From an uncultured Spirochaetota bacterium (GTDB taxonomy: Bacteria > Spirochaetota > Spirochaetia > SZUA-6 > Fen-1364), in contig CAWAHW010000006.1 of the NCBI GenBank assembly GCA_963781885.1, positions 320,001-384,000 on the forward strand: a DNA stretch of 64,000 nucleotides, written 5' to 3'. The notes beneath the pieces were generated by a model. The model made no database searches, was not told where the DNA came from, and saw nothing but the letters and a program-made list of their open reading frames with translations. The translations under genes and the position numbers were made by a program. Positions 42,547 through 51,682 of this stretch are shown here, in pieces. How positions within the stretch are numbered: the first letter of the stretch is position 1; each line of letters opens with the position of its first letter.

Positions 42547-43271
42547 GCAACGCGGGCTATTTCAAGTTGCTGAAACTGTACGCCGATATCTGGGCGCGCC
42601 GGCATTGCCGCGTCGTGCTGGGGGGCCCGGAAGAGCTGGATGCTCCGCGCGAAAGGGGAAGGGTCTACATCGTGAGCCACCCCACGACGTGGGACCTCCC
42701 CATGCTGGTGCATATCGGGGTGAATAACACCTACTTTATCGTGGACAAGGGACCCTTCGCTCATCCCCTGGTCAAATGGCTGTTCGAGCATTGCGGTTTC
42801 CTGAAACTGGAGGGAGACAACAGCGACGACGTGATCCAGAAAGCCGTCGACATTGCGGCCAGCCGTCGGCCGCTCATCGTGTCGCTCAAGGGGTACGGCG
42901 TGGACTTCGGTGAGAAGGTGCGTCCACGGACGGGGGCCATCCGGATTGCCCATATGGCCAAGGCGGACATCTATCCGGTTCACCTGATGATCGAAGAGGG
43001 CAAGCGGATCATGAAGGGATTCAAGGTCTCGGGACAGAACTATCCCTTCACCGTTTTCCACGACACGCTGTACTTCGCGACGTTCTGCGCGCCGCTGCGC
43101 TATGAGCACTACGCGCGGGAATCCATGACGTACGAGGACTACAAGTCGATCGCCTACGGAATGGAGGCGACGTTCGACGACATGGAGAAAAGGATCAATG
43201 GCGAGATTGCGGCCGGCAAGTTCGACGGCGTGCGCCGCAAGGGCGGCGCACAAACCCAGATCCGCTACTGA
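42543..43271 (+). CDS. PlsC-like lysophospholipid acyltransferase (divergent)
   Basis: HX4D motif SHPTTWD and RTGAIRIAHMAKADIYPV. The usual FPEG block reads SLKG. ATGA overlap with the upstream SDR. Confidence 0.7.
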   Translation: MSNAGYFKLLKLYADIWARRHCRVVLGGPEELDAPRERGRVYIVSHPTTWDLPMLVHIGVNNTYFIVDKGPFAHPLVKWLFEHCGFLKLEGDNSDDVIQKAVDIAASRRPLIVSLKGYGVDFGEKVRPRTGAIRIAHMAKADIYPVHLMIEEGKRIMKGFKVSGQNYPFTVFHDTLYFATFCAPLRYEHYARESMTYEDYKSIAYGMEATFDDMEKRINGEIAAGKFDGVRRKGGAQTQIRY

Positions 43272-43290
43272 GCGCTCATCGACCGGCGGC

Positions 43291-44022
43291 TCACGTCTCC
43301 CGCGGGGCCCCGGCGCGCCGATAGAATCTGCGGTAGATGAAGAAATCGTCCCCGATGCCGAGCATGGCGTGGATGGCAAACGGGTACAGCACGGACCCTG
43401 TCAGGAACGCGGCGGCCGCGAAGATGACGCCCCCGGCCATCGCCCCGACGATCTCCCACTCGGGATGTCCGATGTGATGGAGAGTGGAGAGCGCCGTCGT
43501 GATCGCCATCGCGGGCAGGAAGCCCATGACGTGGACGAGGGGGAAAAACAGAAGCCCCCGATAGAGAAACTCCCACGAGGTGAAATAGAGGCTCGCGTAA
43601 CCCAGCTCGAAAAACGCGAAGGCGCGGTCGTTCGCGCATGCATCCTTTGAAAAGGGATACTGCACCTTGAGACCGGGGTCCTTCGAAAAGCTCCAGCAGA
43701 GATACGCGACCACCGGGATCGCGATGCCGACGAAGAGCAGACCCAGTCTCCAGTTCCCCGCCTGCACGCCGAAGGCGGCGAAGGCCTCGAGGGGCCGCGG
43801 CTCCACGGCCGCAATGATGATCGACGGCGCCACGAGGAAGAGGAAGAAGAAGGACCAGAAGTACACCCGCATGCCGCGGGCGTCGCCGAGGATCGACCGC
43901 AGGCGGCGATGATGAAGGAGCGACGCGGCAAGCGTGAGCGCCACGGCGAGGTAAGGCAGGAGCACGCGCGCGGAAAGAGGCGCGAGGGACTGGGAGAAGA
44001 GGGAGGCAAAATCCGCCGACAT
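43291..44022 (-). CDS. CPBP (Abi/CAAX) family intramembrane glutamic endopeptidase
   Basis: WEFLYRG, LSTLHHIGHPEWE, TGSVLYPFAIHAMLG. Confidence 0.8.
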   Translation of the reverse strand: MSADFASLFSQSLAPLSARVLLPYLAVALTLAASLLHHRRLRSILGDARGMRVYFWSFFFLFLVAPSIIIAAVEPRPLEAFAAFGVQAGNWRLGLLFVGIAIPVVAYLCWSFSKDPGLKVQYPFSKDACANDRAFAFFELGYASLYFTSWEFLYRGLLFFPLVHVMGFLPAMAITTALSTLHHIGHPEWEIVGAMAGGVIFAAAAFLTGSVLYPFAIHAMLGIGDDFFIYRRFYRRAGAPRET

Positions 44023-44024
44023 TT

Positions 44025-45044
44025 TTATTCCTTTCCGCGCGCCGTTTCGGCCGTTGCGCGCGCCTTCTCCGCATGGTACCACGCGACGATGTCCCTGAAC
44101 TGGGTGGGATAGTCGTCATCGGACGTGTAGCCGAGCTCCCGGAGGGTCCTCGAAATGTCGTAGGTGGTCTGCGTCGTGATCCGTCGGATCCGGTAGAAGT
44201 TGATCGGGGGCTTGAGTCCGGGGAATATCCGCCGTGCGAGCTCCAGGATCAGGGAGGCTGCCAGCACGGGCGTGACGGGCACGTATATCTTCTGCTTCCG
44301 GCCGACCCCCGCCTGGAGCGCGCCGAAGAACTCGCGGTAGGTCGGCGCCGACGGGTTGGTCACCGTGTACGCGTTGCCCACGGCGGTGGGCAGCTCGATC
44401 GCGGCAAGCGCGGCCCGCGCGATATTCGTCGGCGCGCAGAGCCCGAACCGGCAGCCGCCGCGGCCGACGATGAGGGGAGTACCCTTCGACGCGGCATCGA
44501 GCATCTGGAGACAGGAAGTCCGGTCGCGCGGGCCGTAGACGTCGCCCGGCCGGAGGATCACCATCGGGAAGCCGGTCTCGCGGTGGCGCTCCCGCAGGAG
44601 CTCCTCCACGCTTTTCTTCATACGGCAGTAGGGGAGAAAATCCGCGGATCGCCCGGGCTTTTCCTCCGTGATGGCATCGGCGCCGTATCCTATCGTGAGG
44701 GCGCTGGAGATGTAGATGAACCGGGAAAGACGCGGATAGAGCCGCGCGGCTTTCTCCACCAGGGCGCGGGTCGCATCGTAGATGTGCCGCCTGCTCTCCT
44801 TCAAGGGGGCGCTGTCGGAGACGAGCGCCGCCGCGTGCACGACGACGTCGATGTCCGGGGGGAAATCGATCGATTCGATCTCCGTGAGGTCGCCGCGGAC
44901 CAGGCGCACGGGACTGCCTTGGAGGAACCTCATATTGGACGTCATGCGCACGAGCCCGTGAACATTCCAGCCCTGCGCGACAAAGGCGTCGCAGAGGTGG
45001 GACCCGATGAAGCCGTTGGCGCCGGTGATCAGGACCGTCTTCAC
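44025..45044 (-). CDS. NAD-dependent epimerase/dehydratase (extended SDR, CerR/3-beta-HSD-like)
   Basis: VLITGANGFIGSHL, VHAAA, YCRMK, LRPGDVYGPRD; start GTG 45044. Confidence 0.85.
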   Translation of the reverse strand: MKTVLITGANGFIGSHLCDAFVAQGWNVHGLVRMTSNMRFLQGSPVRLVRGDLTEIESIDFPPDIDVVVHAAALVSDSAPLKESRRHIYDATRALVEKAARLYPRLSRFIYISSALTIGYGADAITEEKPGRSADFLPYCRMKKSVEELLRERHRETGFPMVILRPGDVYGPRDRTSCLQMLDAASKGTPLIVGRGGCRFGLCAPTNIARAALAAIELPTAVGNAYTVTNPSAPTYREFFGALQAGVGRKQKIYVPVTPVLAASLILELARRIFPGLKPPINFYRIRRITTQTTYDISRTLRELGYTSDDDYPTQFRDIVAWYHAEKARATAETARGKE

Positions 45045-46066
45045 TCTCCCCCCGTCTCTCCCCGCTCTGCGGCGTGCACGCGCAGGTACCACGCGCTTCC
45101 GTCCGCGATGGTCTTTTCCAGCGGGATGTAGGTGTGGTGGAAAGCGCCCACGCTTTTGCCGTTTGAATAGAAGCCCCGCCACCCGCTGAGTCTCCCGTAC
45201 GAGGCGGTGAGGAGCGGTTTGCGCCCGGTGAGGTCGCTCACCAGCTCCAGGAATCCGCCGGCCGCCGTGAGAAGCGCAGACGGGATGCGGAAGGGAAACA
45301 CCCTGCCGTTGACGCACGACCCGATGCGGCGAACCACCTCCACATAGGAGACATTCGATCCCACGACAAGGTAGCACTCCCCCGGCTCTCCGTCCGACAA
45401 CGCCTTGAGCGCGATGGCGGCAAGGTCCCGCACGTCCGTGACTGCAAGGCCACCGGAGAAACAGCCGAAAAATGGTCCCGAAGAGATGTTCTTGTAGAGC
45501 TGGTTGTGCGGCGAACCGGGGTCGGGGTCCCCCGGACCCATCAGCGACGCGGGATTCAGGATGACGGCATTGAGGCCTTTTTTCGCCGCTGCCTCGACGA
45601 CCTGCTGTCCGGCGTGCTTGGTCGACATGTAGAAGAAACCCCGCGGCCAGTTGTAGGGCGTCGACTCGTCCGCCAGGGCGCCGTCCTTGTAGAACCCTAC
45701 CGCACCGACGGACGAAATATGGACGAGGCGCTGGACGCCGGCGGCGAGACATCCCTGCACGACGTTTTCGACGCCCCGACGGTTGACCAGGTCCAGGCGC
45801 TCGCGGTCGCGTTTCCAGTAGGAGATGAGCCCGGCGAGATGGATGACATGCGTGTGGCCCGCGATCGCCCGACGGACCTGGGCCTCGTCGGTGATGTTGC
45901 CTTCGACGATGCGAAGCTCCGGAATGCGCCGCGCAAGGACGCGCTGCCGTCCCGCGTCTCCGGGAAGCACGAAAAGCGTCAGGCGCTCCGGTTGCATCGC
46001 TGCCGGAAGCAAATCGAGCACGGCATTTCCCGCAAATCCAGTTGCTCCGGTGATAAAGAGGCGCAT
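45041..46066 (-). CDS. NAD-dependent epimerase/dehydratase (extended SDR, HpnA-like)
   Basis: FITGATGFAG, HLAGLISYW, HISSVGAVG, YMSTK, NPASLMGPGD. Confidence 0.85.
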   Translation of the reverse strand: MRLFITGATGFAGNAVLDLLPAAMQPERLTLFVLPGDAGRQRVLARRIPELRIVEGNITDEAQVRRAIAGHTHVIHLAGLISYWKRDRERLDLVNRRGVENVVQGCLAAGVQRLVHISSVGAVGFYKDGALADESTPYNWPRGFFYMSTKHAGQQVVEAAAKKGLNAVILNPASLMGPGDPDPGSPHNQLYKNISSGPFFGCFSGGLAVTDVRDLAAIALKALSDGEPGECYLVVGSNVSYVEVVRRIGSCVNGRVFPFRIPSALLTAAGGFLELVSDLTGRKPLLTASYGRLSGWRGFYSNGKSVGAFHHTYIPLEKTIADGSAWYLRVHAAERGETGGE

Positions 46067-46191
46067 GGGGATTCCTTTGGAGCGCAACATAACGGCGACA
46101 CCAGGCACTGTCAAGGTCGGTGCACGGGAAAACGCCCGCGGACCACGCTTTCGTTGACGACGCATCGCGGCGATGCTACCCTGACATCCTC

Positions 46192-48390
46192 TTGCGCGAT
46201 ACCCTCGAAGCGTCCTGGCACCACCTTTCGGCGCGCCTCTGGAAATCCCTCACCAGGACCATGTCATCGGATCCTGACCGGGAACGCCGGGAGTATGCGG
46301 TCAAGGCCGTCGTGGCGAGCACCGCCGCGACGCTCCTTCCCTTCACGCTCCTTTTCTTCGCTTTCTACCTCTTCGGCGTTTTCAGGCTCACCGACCTCCT
46401 GATCGTGCTCGGCGCAGATTGCGTCGTGGGTTTCTGCCTGCTTCTGTCCCGGCGCGCGTGGGAGGCAAGCGCGTGGATCCAGAGCGCCCTCTTCGTGGTG
46501 CTGCCGGTCCGCATGGCCTGGGCCCAGGGAGGATGGACGCCGGCAACGGTCTACATCTCCCTTGCCGTCGTGCTGGGGATGACCCTCCTGGAGGTGAGGG
46601 CGGCATGGGGCCTGATGGCCGTGAGCCTCCTCCTGTACATCGGCGCTTCCTGGGCGCACGGCAACCTCGGCCTCTTGGTTCTCCTGAACATCCTTCTCAC
46701 CGTGGCCGCGCCCCTCTGCGGGATCGTCGTTCTCCTCCGCTTCACCCTGCGCCAGCTCGGCGGGGCGCTGGAAAAAAGCCGCATCACCGCAGACGGCCTT
46801 ACGAGGGAGATCGGCGAGCGCACGCGCGCGGAAAGCGCGCTCACCGCCTCCATGCAGACCATCCGCGCTCTTTTCGAATCGATGCCGGACGGCATCGTCG
46901 TGATGGACGCCGGCGGCCGGATCACGGACTGCAACGCCGCCTCCGCGCGCATGTTCGAGGTCGACGCGCGGGGGGAGGTGGTCGGTCGGAACATAATCGA
47001 TTTCGTCGTGTCGGATGATCGGAGCCGGGCGCAGCAGAAGCTCGTCCAGCTCATGCGCGAAGGGCCGAACGGCAGGTCGCTGCGTCTCCGCGTCCAGGGC
47101 ACCCGGGGGCGCTCCTTCGACGCTTTTGTCAATGGCTCGCTCCACCTGGACGCGGAGGGGATGATGCAGGGCCTGGTCATCTCCGTGCGCGACATCACGG
47201 ATATGCTCCGCCTGGAGAGCCAGCTCCGCCAGGCGCAGAAAATGGAAGCCGTGGGTCAGCTCGCGGGGGGCGTCGCGCACGATTTCAACAACCTCCTGCT
47301 GGGCATCCAGGGCTACACGGACCTTGCGCTCCACTCCATGGAGGCGGCGCATGCCGCCCGCGAGCCGCTCGAGCAGGTCCTGAAGGCCTCCGAGCGGGCA
47401 GGCGCCATCGTGCGGCAGCTCCTTGCTTTCAGTCGGCGAGAGACGCCCAGCCCCGTGGTGCTGCGTCTGAATGACGTCATCGAGGGCTTCCTGAAGATGC
47501 TGGGCCGGCTCATCGGCGAGCATGTCACCGTGCGCCTGGATCTGGCCGCCGACCTGGGCAACGTCGTCGCCGACCCGGGGCAGGTGGAGCAGGTGCTGGT
47601 CAACCTGTGCCTGAACTCGCGCGACGCCATGCCGGACGGCGGCACAATCACGATCGAGACGGAGAACGCGACCCTCGACGCCGCATTCGCGGCGACCCAT
47701 CCCGGGGCGCGGCCGGGACAATTCGTCTGTCTGCGCGTCACGGACGAAGGCGAAGGAATGAGCGCCGACGCCATGGCGCATCTCTTCGAGCCTTTCTTCA
47801 CGACGAAGCGCCCGGGGCGAGGCACCGGCATGGGGCTTGCGACGGTCTACAGCATCGTCACGCGGCACGGGGCGCTCATCGACTGCGCAAGCGCGCCGGG
47901 CAGGGGCACGAGGTTCTGCCTGTACTTCCCCCGCACGGACGCATCACCCGTGCAGGCTGCGCCGGATGGAATTCCGCGGGAGGCGGACACGGGCACGGAA
48001 ACGCTCCTCGTGGTCGAAGACGACGAGATGGTGCGCTCGCTCGCGCAGCGCATTCTGTGCGACGCGGGCTACACGGTTCTCCCCGCGTGCGGCGGGGAGG
48101 AAGCGCTGGAACTGTTTCGGCGCCGGGGGGCCGACGTCGCCCTGGCGCTGATCGACGTGGTGATGCCCGGCATGAACGGCAGGCTGGTCGCCCAGGCGCT
48201 GCACGAGATGCAGCCGTCCCTGCCGATCCTCTTCAGCAGCGGCTACGACTTCCACATGTTGGACGATGCATCCTTCCCCTCGGGCCCTCGCGCGGAGATC
48301 ATCCACAAGCCTTACCGCGCCCGCGACCTCTTGCGCCGCGTGCACGACGCCCTGCACGGGACGCCCGGTGCCGCGCCGCCCCTCAGCTGA
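46192..48390 (+). CDS. Membrane-bound PAS hybrid sensor histidine kinase with receiver (CckA-like); start uncertain (46120, 46192 or 46261)
   Basis: TM region, PAS, QAQKMEAVGQLAGGVAHDFNN, NSRDAMPDGG, FEPFFTTK..GTGMGL, receiver DVVMPGMNG. TTGACG-17 nt-TACCCT at 46154-46182 precedes TTG 46192. Confidence 0.88.
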   Translation: MRDTLEASWHHLSARLWKSLTRTMSSDPDRERREYAVKAVVASTAATLLPFTLLFFAFYLFGVFRLTDLLIVLGADCVVGFCLLLSRRAWEASAWIQSALFVVLPVRMAWAQGGWTPATVYISLAVVLGMTLLEVRAAWGLMAVSLLLYIGASWAHGNLGLLVLLNILLTVAAPLCGIVVLLRFTLRQLGGALEKSRITADGLTREIGERTRAESALTASMQTIRALFESMPDGIVVMDAGGRITDCNAASARMFEVDARGEVVGRNIIDFVVSDDRSRAQQKLVQLMREGPNGRSLRLRVQGTRGRSFDAFVNGSLHLDAEGMMQGLVISVRDITDMLRLESQLRQAQKMEAVGQLAGGVAHDFNNLLLGIQGYTDLALHSMEAAHAAREPLEQVLKASERAGAIVRQLLAFSRRETPSPVVLRLNDVIEGFLKMLGRLIGEHVTVRLDLAADLGNVVADPGQVEQVLVNLCLNSRDAMPDGGTITIETENATLDAAFAATHPGARPGQFVCLRVTDEGEGMSADAMAHLFEPFFTTKRPGRGTGMGLATVYSIVTRHGALIDCASAPGRGTRFCLYFPRTDASPVQAAPDGIPREADTGTETLLVVEDDEMVRSLAQRILCDAGYTVLPACGGEEALELFRRRGADVALALIDVVMPGMNGRLVAQALHEMQPSLPILFSSGYDFHMLDDASFPSGPRAEIIHKPYRARDLLRRVHDALHGTPGAAPPLS

Positions 48391-49186
48391 GGATGTCCTT
48401 TCTCCGGTAGATGAAGAGGCTCGACAGGAAACAACCGACGATGAGGGCGGCGAACAGCGCGAGCCTCCACCACGCGAAGCCATAGTCCGGCACCGTCACC
48501 CTCACGTCGACCCACGTGAACGGGCTCAGCCAGCCCCACGCCTCGTACCGCGACGCAATCTTGGCAATCGTATCCCACAGGTAGAAGCCCAGCACGATGC
48601 CGATCGCCGGCCCGATGAGGGAGCGGGCGCGCTTCACCATGAGGGAGGTGAGGAGGCCGATGCCCCCCATCGCCAGGGCAAGGAGAAAGCAGTAGGTGGA
48701 GACGATGGCGAGCGCGGCGAGCCGGAAGGGCTGCGCAGAAAAGGCTGCCAGGCTGGCCCACGCGGCGAGGAACGCGACGAGGTTGATCGCGACCACGAGC
48801 AGGAAATAGGCGGCAAGCTTCGTCCCGAAGATCTGGTTCCGCGACAGGGGTTTCGCAAGGAGAAACTCCGCCGTTCCGAGGCTCTGCTCCTTGTGGATGA
48901 TGCCCGCCGCGACCGAGATGCTGAAGACGCTGCCCAGGAGAGCGACGTAGAGCGTCGCATACACGACGTAGAAACCCAGCGGGTCGCCGAACGTGGAAGA
49001 GTCGAAGGAGAAGGCGCGCAGGAGGGCCGGCGGGTAGGCCTTCAGGAGGTCCTTCAAGCCGCCGGACGCCATCATGGTCGGCATGGCCGCCACGGTCATC
49101 GCGATGAGGGCGATGATGGTGAGGCTCCAGACGAGGAATGAGGTGCGGTACTGCTTCAGCTCCTTCATGAAGAGCGCGCGCATCAT
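48383..49186 (-). CDS. ABC-2 type transporter permease
   Basis: KEQSLGTAEFLLAKPLSRNQIFGTK, LSPF, YRRKDI; six TM segments. Confidence 0.85.
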   Translation of the reverse strand: MMRALFMKELKQYRTSFLVWSLTIIALIAMTVAAMPTMMASGGLKDLLKAYPPALLRAFSFDSSTFGDPLGFYVVYATLYVALLGSVFSISVAAGIIHKEQSLGTAEFLLAKPLSRNQIFGTKLAAYFLLVVAINLVAFLAAWASLAAFSAQPFRLAALAIVSTYCFLLALAMGGIGLLTSLMVKRARSLIGPAIGIVLGFYLWDTIAKIASRYEAWGWLSPFTWVDVRVTVPDYGFAWWRLALFAALIVGCFLSSLFIYRRKDILS

Positions 49187-50085
49187 GTCGTGCCTCTCTT
49201 GCCGGAGCTGTAGTAGTGCATGAACACCTCTTCCAGGGAAGGCTCCTCGATGCGCAGCTGGTGGATGTCGAACCGGGCGAGCTCCTGCACGAGGGTGTTG
49301 GATGCGCCGGCGTAGAGGAAACGGATGGCGTCCCCCTCGCGGATGAGCTCGCGCACCATTCCCGAGGGGAAGTCCGCGGGGGCAGGCGGGCGCGCGGCGG
49401 TGAAGGAGACCTTGCGGAGCCGCTTCTGCCGAAGGGCGGCGACATCCTCGCTCGTGAGGATCGTCCCCTCCTTGATGATCGCGACGCGCCGGCAGAGACG
49501 CTGCACCTCTCCGAGCACATGGCTGGAGAAGAAGACCGTCACGCCGCGCGCATTCTCCTCCCGCAGCAGATCCGCGAGACGGTTCTGGATGAGCGGGTCC
49601 AGGCCGTTCGTGGGTTCGTCGAGGATCAGAAGGCGCGGCGCGTGGAGCATGCTCTGGACGAGGGCCACCTTCTTCGCGTTGCCTGACGACAGCTCGTCGA
49701 TGCGCCGGCTCGTATCCAGCGCCAGGCGCTCGGCGAGCACCGCGGCGCGGGAGAGGTCGACGCCGCCGTTGAGCGCGGCCGAGTAGGCCAGGAGCTCCTT
49801 CACGCGCATGCCCGGGTAGTACTTCACCTCGGCGGGCACGTACCCGATCGAGCGGCGGATCTCGGGCCCGTACCGCACGACGTCCCTGCCAAAGATCTCC
49901 GCGCGCCCCGCGGTGGGAAAGATCAGGTTCAGAAGGGTCCGGATTGTGGTGGTCTTTCCAGCCCCGTTGGGCCCGATGAACCCGAATATCTCCCCTTCCG
50001 GGACGTGCAGGTCGATGCGCTCGATCCCGCAATGCCGCCCGTAATACTTGGAAAGCCCTTCGGTCACGATCGCCATGCCGTTCAC
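49183..50085 (-). CDS. ABC transporter ATP-binding protein
   Basis: GPNGAGKTT, LSSGNAKK, LDEPTNGLDP, SSH, EPSLEEVFMHYY. Confidence 0.9.
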   Translation of the reverse strand: MNGMAIVTEGLSKYYGRHCGIERIDLHVPEGEIFGFIGPNGAGKTTTIRTLLNLIFPTAGRAEIFGRDVVRYGPEIRRSIGYVPAEVKYYPGMRVKELLAYSAALNGGVDLSRAAVLAERLALDTSRRIDELSSGNAKKVALVQSMLHAPRLLILDEPTNGLDPLIQNRLADLLREENARGVTVFFSSHVLGEVQRLCRRVAIIKEGTILTSEDVAALRQKRLRKVSFTAARPPAPADFPSGMVRELIREGDAIRFLYAGASNTLVQELARFDIHQLRIEEPSLEEVFMHYYSSGKRGTT

Positions 50086-50119
50086 TTCAGGGCTCCTTTC
50101 GCGCCTCGTTTCTTCCAGT

Positions 50120-50150
50120 CATTTCAGTATTGACCGAAAAAACTGAAATG
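50120..50150. promoter_or_regulatory. Inverted repeat, candidate repressor operator upstream of the ABC exporter
   Basis: CATTTCAGT-13 nt-ACTGAAATG, an AT-rich perfect 9-bp palindrome in a GC-rich background. Confidence 0.5.
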
Positions 50151-50323
50151 CCTATCCTCCCCGCTCATCGTCTCCGCATCGGGCGCAAAATTTTGCGCAC
50201 GCGTCGTCATATTTCTGCAACATTTCTTCGCGCCCTATTCCATTAGACTCCCGGCGGACAACGTGGTAGCTTTTTCCTGTGATAGACTGAGAATGGACGT
50301 GCAGAAACGTATGGAGGGCGTGA

Positions 50324-51682
50324 ATGACCCAGTCTCCGAAAACGGTCGGAATCAGCGACATCGGCATCTACGTTCCGGCGCCGATGATGGACATTGCCAC
50401 TCTCGTGGACAGGCGCGTGAAGCTGAACCCGCGCATGGACCGGCACCTCGAACGGGCCTGCCGCGTGACCGGCCAGAAGGCCATCCGGTTTCCTGAGATC
50501 TGGGAGGACAGCGCCACTCTCGCGGCAACGGCGGCATATCGTCTTCTCACCGCCGAGCCGGGCATCGACGCAAGAAACATCCGGCATCTCGCCGTGGGAA
50601 CCGAAACGGGCGTCGACCACTCGAAGCCTCTGTCCGCGTACGTGCAGGGCATGCTGCAGAGGGCCGGTCTCTCCCTCCCGAACAGCCTCAGCAGCTTCCA
50701 GGTCCAGCACGCGTGCGCCGGCAGCACCATGGCGCTCCTGGGAACCGCCGCGCTGCTTCTGGCCTCCGGTCGGGCCGGCGACGCGGGTCTCGTGATCAGC
50801 TCCGACATCGCCCGGTATGAGACGGAATCGACCGCCGAGATCACGCAGGGGGCGGGCGCCGTGGCCCTCCACGTGCAGACCGCGCCGCGGCTGCTCGAGC
50901 TCGACATGGGAAGCATGGGATTCTATTCCGCCGACGTCGACGATTTTTTCCGCCCGCTGGGGGTCAACATCGCGCGCGTGAACGGCAGCTATTCGATGCG
51001 CTGCTACTGGGAAAGCCTCATCGGCGCGTTCCATGACTCCTGCATGCGGACCGGGGAGAAGCCGGACCAGGCCCTGCTCGGCACGGACTACTACGTCCTG
51101 CACACCCCGTTTCGCAACATGCCGGAGAGCGCCATGGAGAAGCTCTTCGAGCGGGTGCTCGGTTACGACCAGGCGCGCAGCGCGGAAATCCTGCGGCAGA
51201 AGAGCTTCGCCGCGGGCATCGATCCGCTCGCCCAGATCGGCAATCTCTACACGGCGTCGCTCACCGCGTCCCTGGCCTTCCTCCTGGCGGACCGGTTCCG
51301 GGCGATCGGGAACGGCATCGTCGGCAAGACGGTGCTGCTCTCGTCGTACGGCTCGGGCAACACCATGATCGTGCTCAAGGCGCGGGTGGCGTCCAGGGCG
51401 CCGGACGTGATCGCGCGCTGGAACCTGGATGACGTCTTCACGTCGGCGCGCCGCGCGAGCTTCGAGGAGTATGAGACGTGGACGACCGGTCCGGTCCAGC
51501 CCGAGCTGCAGGCGCGGCTCATGGAAAATGCAATCGTGCCGCCGGGGGCATTCATGCTCTCCGGCATACGCAAGGATGGCTATCGTGAGTACGAACTCAG
51601 GAAGGGCGCGGAGGTCGGGGACCGGGGAGAGGAAAGAGAAGCATCTGACGATCTGCACGGATCCGTCGCGGTTCCAAGTTGA
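50324..51682 (+). CDS. mvaS: Hydroxymethylglutaryl-CoA synthase
   Basis: VGTETGVDHSK, QHACAGS (catalytic Cys), EITQGAGA, HTPF, GNLYTAS, SYGSG. Confidence 0.9.
   Translation: MTQSPKTVGISDIGIYVPAPMMDIATLVDRRVKLNPRMDRHLERACRVTGQKAIRFPEIWEDSATLAATAAYRLLTAEPGIDARNIRHLAVGTETGVDHSKPLSAYVQGMLQRAGLSLPNSLSSFQVQHACAGSTMALLGTAALLLASGRAGDAGLVISSDIARYETESTAEITQGAGAVALHVQTAPRLLELDMGSMGFYSADVDDFFRPLGVNIARVNGSYSMRCYWESLIGAFHDSCMRTGEKPDQALLGTDYYVLHTPFRNMPESAMEKLFERVLGYDQARSAEILRQKSFAAGIDPLAQIGNLYTASLTASLAFLLADRFRAIGNGIVGKTVLLSSYGSGNTMIVLKARVASRAPDVIARWNLDDVFTSARRASFEEYETWTTGPVQPELQARLMENAIVPPGAFMLSGIRKDGYREYELRKGAEVGDRGEEREASDDLHGSVAVPS

Noticed and set aside
41437-46066. Hopanoid biosynthesis cluster (HpnA-like SDRs with MMPL)
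   Set aside because: No squalene synthase or squalene-hopene cyclase is in the window, and the bCerS-like GNAT points to a different lipid.
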